Assembly (NCBI GenBank): GCA_003971905.1
Contig: RSEE01000104.1
Location: 186,001-214,484 of the forward strand
DNA: 28,484 nt
Source of the DNA: Moniliella sp. 'wahieum'
Lineage: Eukaryota
Direction: 5' to 3'
A program made the translations under genes and the position numbers. This document shows, one piece after another, positions 23,001-28,484 of the stretch. Position 1 is the first letter of the stretch, and each line of letters opens with the position of its first letter. Below the pieces are notes generated by a model. That model was given only the letters and a program-made list of their open reading frames with translations, was not told where the DNA came from and ran no database searches.

Positions 23001-24114
23001 CCCAGGTTGATGTGGCAAACGTTTGTTGCTGCACCCCACTCCGACAAGCCCAAACGCACGCACACTGCTCAGAGGTCATGGGTCCACTTCTGCGTACGCC
23101 AGTTGCCACCAAGCCTTTGTGGCAAATGGTTGCTCTTGGGAGCCAAAGCACGGCCGATTTGGGGAGACAACTAAATCGATACAAGGAGGCTGTCGGCGCT
23201 CCATCGGGGAGTGAGGTTGGCGCGCTGCCGTTGGCCAATGTGCAACGCAAATGGGAGGGCGGAAAACACCAGCAAATGAATCATCCGCGAGTGGCGTTGC
23301 TTTTGGTTGGGGCGCTGCTGCTCTGAGAGGTGTGCACGATGCATGCTGACCAGCAAAGGTGAGTGGGCAATCCCTACTGCCGCCCTCGTGGCCACCACAC
23401 GCGCAATCCAGTTGTCAGTACCCCAAGGGTGGGCCGCCTTCAGGTTGATTTGTATTCCGCCATGCATCGTGTCGACCACGCTTTGAGCAGAAGCAGCCGA
23501 ATCGGGCAGAACACGATCCACGTTTGCACAGAAGGCCAGGTTCTTTGTAGCGATGACTCGAGATGGGAGGGTGAGGGAACAGCGCGCCTTGCTCGGCCTG
23601 CTGTTGGAGCCGATCGCCTAGCCTGCGTCCCAGCCGCGCGCTCGCATCGGGCGCTGCATGGACAAGGATGGGCAGCAAGAAGCGGAAGCAAGGGGCGCCA
23701 CCTCTCATGAGCACGCATCCGGCTTGGTGCACAGCGTGAGGAGAAGCTAGGACGCGAGCTGCAACAGCGGCCCCCACAGTGCTGGTTGGTGGCGCTAAAG
23801 CAAAAGCCGCGCAGACGCGACGAGATTAAAGTCAGCGCGGTGCTAGGGTTGTAGGTGGTGGCCGCAGCCAATGTGGATGAATTGCAACTGCGTGGGCGCG
23901 CCAACCGACGCGGCAGCCGCAACGCGACGACGCAACCGTTGCCGCGAGACCGAGCGGCCCAGCGCTGTGCCGAGGGGGGGGCACCTGCACCCATATCGGC
24001 ACCACACTCCCGCGACTGGACCCTAGTCAGATATTCACGTGAAGGACTGCATAACTCCGTCGATTTTCTCTATGAAATGACGTTTTTCGTCTCAGAATTA
24101 CAGAGGTTGCAAAA

Positions 24115-24304
24115 TGTCAGGCACCACAGTGTGTAAGTGCGAAAATGTGGCGCCTGACAGATGGTGACCTCTGACAGTTGGGGCGCGGGGCCAGTGTCCT
24201 GGAATGCAGAGTTTACGCTGGCCCGTCTGAAACGTGCGGAGGGCGAAGGGAGGTGCCTGACGGTTGGTGACCTCTGACAGTTTGGTGCGGGGCCAGTGTC
24301 CTGG
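24115..24304. repeat. ~50-bp dispersed direct repeat with an inverted sub-motif
   Basis: 24152-24202 and 24255-24304 share GCCTGAC.G.TGGTGACCTCTGACAGTT..GCGGGGCCAGTGTCCTGG. TGTCAGGCACC (24115-24125) is an inverted copy of the start motif. Confidence 0.9.
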
Positions 24305-25399
24305 CGGTGCCAGCTCGAAATGATCGGCATGGGGGCTACTTACTAATGAGCCCGCATGTGCCGCCCGCTAACACCGCATGTGCCATGTGACATGTGACAC
24401 ACGCTAATGCCCGATGCGGCAACGGATGTGACAGGGTCCGGGGCGGGGAATGTTCGGTGCGGGGGGGAGCCAGAGTGCAACCGCGGTGGCATGACCGGGA
24501 TGGGGCATTGCATGTACGTGTGAGGGTGGGTTACAATGGGTGTGTGACATGCGACGCGCTGTGGACGCCGCGGTTTGGTGACGATGGTACGCCCGACAGG
24601 CGACCGCATCCACGTGCGTTACCGGTGAGCGTTGGATGTTGAACGCCGGGGCTGGCCTGGAGCTGCAAAAGCGTGACGCGCAATGCTTGCAGCTGCTGCC
24701 AAGATGCCGCGTGCCGGAGCGGGGGGGCGGCCTCCTGCGGAGGAGGACGCAGTGGCGCAGGGTGTGCGCTCAGGTACATCGTTGGCAGCGCGCTCCCGCA
24801 CGTCCCTCAGGCCCAGCGCTCATCTGAGCTGCCAGTGCTGAACGCCCAGCGCCCAGGCCTCAGGCCTTCAACGTTCAGGCCTTCGGTCCAGCTCGGTTGG
24901 GATTCACTGCAAAAGTGCGGCCCTGCTGTACTGCCGGGTGGGCCTGGGGGTGCAAATGCCAACTGTGTTTCGATGCATGCTGCAGATCAGGACAGTGCAC
25001 ACCAGTGCCCTGAGCTTGCCCTGAGCAAATATAGCCGGCCCTCCAACGCTGCTTGCGCCGTGTCCAGTCCCGACTCTGGCCTGTGGCCATCCGACCGCTG
25101 TCCACCGCTGTGCGCGCTGCCGGCGCAGCGCATCTGATGTTGGTGTGCGCAAACCATTAATCCAGCGCCGCCACCCCCACCACCACCACTTTCACCCCCA
25201 CCACCACCCATGTCACCATGCATGGCCGTCTCGTGGTGAGCATCGTCCATATCCGTGCTTCATTTGGCGCTAGCCACCTCTATGCGCGTTGCCCCTGATC
25301 GTGAGGCAGATGGAGGATCTGATGCATGCCTCCAACAGTGCTTGCTTACCGTTGGTAGCATGCCAAATGTGAGCCAGAACGGATGAGAGACGGCTGAGA

Positions 25400-26230
25400 T
25401 ATCGCCATTTTGGTCCCGCCGGCATACGCCACCATCTCATCCCAGCATGCATCGATCCCAGCCGCTCCCGCTCAGGTGCACGCCTCATCCAAGCCTCCCG
25501 CTGCAGCGTACTCCCTCGCCTTCCACCAGGCAGGCCTACATCGACTAACATCTGCATCTGTCCACCAGCTGAAGCGATGGTGCACAGCAGGTCCAAACAC
25601 GGGCAGGTGGGTGTTGATGGCGCCGCCGCTCCACCAGTTGTCGTCGGATGTCAGAGATCGTCGCGCCCCATCGTGCACTACAAGCAGGGCTTCCAGGGGA
25701 GGTAAGGCTCTCCAGGATTGGTCCAGCATTGAGGTCAGAACACGCCCCAACATCTGATGTTAGCTTGATTCGGATGAGGGTCTATGTTGACGGCGCCGGC
25801 ACAGCACCAATCCTCATCAAACAATAGATTGCATACATGCCCATCTTGCTTCAGAAGCAGGGCTTCCATGGGAGGTCGGGGGCACGCAGATTGGGCCCGG
25901 ATTGGGGTCACACCACATGTGAACATCAGAGGTTAGGTCCAAACAGCGGATGGTCGATGTTGATGCTGCCGGCGTTCAACCAATTCTGGACGAATCAGAG
26001 ATCTGTCAACGGTGTAGCGTAGCCCAGAATCAAGGCTTTCAAGAATGATGATGCGCTTTTGATTCGGTCCAGGATTGAGGTTACACCACATCCAATTACC
26101 TCAGGTGCGGTCCAGACGCGCACGGTCCCAACAAACCGTCGGTGCCCCACCAATTTGGGACGAGTCAGAGCACGAGTGGTGGGGTAGCGTGCCCCAGGTA
26201 GTCCTCTTTCAGACGCGCACGCGTGGGGCG
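25400..26230 (-). pseudogene. Degenerate ORF with four divergent ~58-aa tandem repeats, family unknown
   Basis: Units: LKEDYLGHATPPLVL*LVPNWWGTDG; LKALILGYATPLTDL*FVQNWLNAGSINIDHPLFGP; MEALLLKQDGHVCNLLFDEDWCCAGAVNIDPHP; LEALLVVHDGARRSLTSDDNWWSGGAINTHLPVFGP. The N/D-W anchors lie at 26150, 25980, 25807 and 25634 (spacing 170, 173, 173). Gene ends are not defined. Confidence 0.6.
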
Positions 26231-27299
26231 CAAGACGATGCACCACGATGGAGAACGGGCGTGTGGCGGTGGATGCGTTGGTGGTGGTGGCGGCTTGCTC
26301 GATTTGGTGGCGGCCGAGCCAATCTGACCGCGCAGGCTGCGCGTGCATCGGTGCAATTGCAAATGTTAATATTGTGAGCCCGCGGCGGATGAATGCACGG
26401 GCCAGGCGACGGATCTGGTTGGTTTCTTACCACGCCCCCCCCCAACCCGGCTGGCTTTGCCCGCCCCCCAAGGTCTGTTGCTCGTTTAGGCCCCTCGTTC
26501 TGAGCCTCCTTTCCCCCATTCGGTGCCTCCCCGCCTCATCTTCCACACACCGGCCCTCTACTGACCCTCTCGCCTCTGTGTCTTCTGTCCAGCTTCTGGG
26601 TCTCTGCAGGTACTGCCCGTCACCCTGGCGCTCTTTCCCACGTCCCCCTGCCTCCCCACCCGCCCCAGCGCCGCGCCTCCCACCTCCCACGCACGCCCAG
26701 GCCATCCCCACCACTGACGCGGCCACCACCGCCATTGGCTCGGCCACCATCACCATTCATTCGGCCATCGCCACCGTCGGGCCGGCCAGCGGAAGCAGGG
26801 AATGGTGCAGGGGATGGTGCATGGCGTTGTGCATGCTTGCTGGCCTCGGTCTGGCGTCCTGGCCGTCCAAGGTCACCGTCTCGGCTGCTGCCACCGCTGC
26901 CGCGCTTGAGTGGGCCGTCTGGACGCTTGGCTTGGCCATCTGGAAGCTCGTCTCGCCCATGTACCCACTTGCCTCGCACCCGTCCCAGCTGACCGTGCAG
27001 CTTGCCATGCCGTCCCCGTCCGACGCTCTGCCGGCCCATGTGCACTCGCTTGGCTGCCCCTGCTGTCACCCTGCTTGGGATGCTCATCCCGAACGCCGTC
27101 TGGGCCATGTGCAACGTCGTTCAGCGCATCGTAGCATCCCATCCCATCCCATCTCCTTCCATCCCATGCCACCCTGCCTCATTCTGACCCGCTCTTGCAC
27201 CAGTGTTCTGCCTCTCATCCTTCCACTCTCCCTCGTCATTGCCCCCATCCCAACGCTCGCCGGGCCATGCTCAAGCTCGAGTAGGCCATGTGCAAGTAC

Positions 27300-27610
27300 A
27301 ATCGTCGTGCTCTGTCTGTTGCGTCCAAGCTTGCGCTCGCCATCAACCTTGTGCTCATCATGTCCAAGCCTGCGCTCTCTCCCCAAGCGTGTGCTCGCCA
27401 CCAAGCCTGTGCTCATCATCTCCAAGCCTGCACTCCCCATCAAGCCTGTGCTCGTCATCCCCAAGCTTGTACTCGCCACCAACCTCTGCCCATCATCTCC
27501 AAGCCTGCGCCCTCCACCCACGCTCTCCATCCCAAGCCTGCTCCTCGTTACCAAGCCTGTGCTCGCCATCCCCAAGCCTGTGCTCCCCATCTCCACGCCT
27601 CTGCTCCCCG
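27300..27610. repeat. Imperfect 21/18-bp tandem array (CCAAGCCTGYGCTCGCCATCC)
   Basis: More than ten CCAAGC(C/T)TG(C/T)GCTC-type units read directly. Confidence 0.9.
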
Positions 27611-28007
27611 TCTTGAACATCAAACATGTATAGGAACATAGCAATGCATACCATCATCCAGCCTACCTCTCCATGCACTCTAGTACATGCACCACAGAAG
27701 CATCCGAGCACCTGTCATAGATGTTGAAGTGTACAATGACGACGACCGTCGTGGGTCTTTGAGGCCAACCTAACAACGACTGTCCCACTTTGTCAAGCGC
27801 TCTTCATGGCTGCACTTGCATAGATGATCAACAGGCGTACCTGAACAAGTATCAACGTGTTCAAACGAACAACACATGACTTTGGACTAGACGTATTTCA
27901 GTGATACATTTGGTACGGCTGATCGATGATATGACGCCACAAATGCAATTTGACACTAGTGTCGAATTCTATTTATTTCCAGCCTGCAGTTGGTACGGAT
28001 TCTATTT

Positions 28008-28414
28008 GTGGTGGGTGGGGTGGGTCGGGGTGGTAGGTTGGGATGGGGGGGTGTAACTTCTCACCGGGTGGTCCAATCGAAAAACGGAGGCCATATGCTG
28101 CATAGAGCGGACGATTTCGTAGCGAGCTATCGTCGAGGCCATCGGAGGTGGGGTGGGTTGGGTCGGGGTGGGTAGGGTTAGGGATGGGTGGGTGTAACTT
28201 GTCAACGGTGCGTCCAATCGAGAAACGGAGGCCATATGCTGCATAGAGCGGACGATTTCGTAGCGAGCTATCGTCGAGGCCATCGGAGGGTGGGGTGGGT
28301 TGGGTCGGGTGGGTAGGGTTAGGGATGGGTGGGTGTAACTTGTCAACGGTGGGTCGGATGGCGAATCTGAGGCCATATGCTGCATAGAGCGGACGATTTT
28401 ATAGCGAGCTATCG
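28008..28414. repeat. Telomere-associated tandem repeat, 141-bp period, ~3 copies
   Basis: The anchor GAGGCCATATGCTGCATAGAGCGGACGATTT starts at 28087, 28228 and 28369. Each unit has a G-run tract; units 2 and 3 contain GGGTAGGGTTAGGG. Confidence 0.95.
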
Positions 28415-28467
28415 CCTCGGCATAACTCTCTCCCCTTCGGGTAGCTCGCTATCTACCCTCGGCCCTC

Positions 28468-28484
28468 TAGGGTTAGGGTTAGGG
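28468..28484 (+). repeat. Start of telomeric (TTAGGG)n tract
   Basis: The window ends in TAGGGTTAGGGTTAGGG, with the G-rich strand running toward the end. Only ~3 units are visible. Confidence 0.75.

Noticed and set aside
26248..27633. 461-aa plus-strand ORF as a real protein
   Set aside because: It is low-complexity and partly generated by the 21/18-bp array, with no recognisable domain. Two acceptor-like CTGAC..CAG sites are not enough to build a gene model.
21700..27900. Telomere-linked RecQ helicase (TLH/Y'-like)
   Set aside because: I looked for it given the location but found no GxGKS, DExH or QxxGRAGR motifs.
28085..28145. Hammerhead ribozyme in the 141-bp unit (minus strand TCGACGA-TAGCTCGCTA-CGAAA)
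   Set aside because: The core is not CUGANGA, and stems I and III with a cleavage triplet could not be formed. A plain GACGAT/ATCGTC hairpin explains it.
28002..28385. 127-aa ORF with 47-aa repeats
   Set aside because: It follows from the 141-bp period being divisible by three; there is no independent coding evidence.

Overview
Eukaryotic DNA, most likely a basidiomycete fungal chromosome end. Supporting signs are GT-AG introns with CTRAC-type branch points, a basidiomycete-type Pcl cyclin, and a final (TTAGGG)~3. Three conserved genes are recognisable: an NCS1/FCY2-like purine-cytosine permease (-, runs off the left edge), a GT90 glycosyltransferase (+) and a Pho85-type Pcl cyclin (+). All three keep their conserved residues but carry many single-base frameshifts, which points to an unpolished long-read consensus rather than real pseudogenes. 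Between the genes lie a 5'-truncated CRE-clade (Cnl1/MoTeR-like) non-LTR retrotransposon relic, a probable HMGXB3/KDZ-like transposase relic, and minisatellites. The last ~4 kb hold a degenerate ORF of four ~58-aa repeats, a 21/18-bp array, and three 141-bp G-rich units, two of which embed TTAGGG. The most unexplained signal is a set of mostly intergenic islands of 7-bp-period arrays built from many different A-NNNN-T palindromes joined through T-N-A, often at the edges of foreign-looking fragments. All family calls come from motif recognition by eye, not from database searches.
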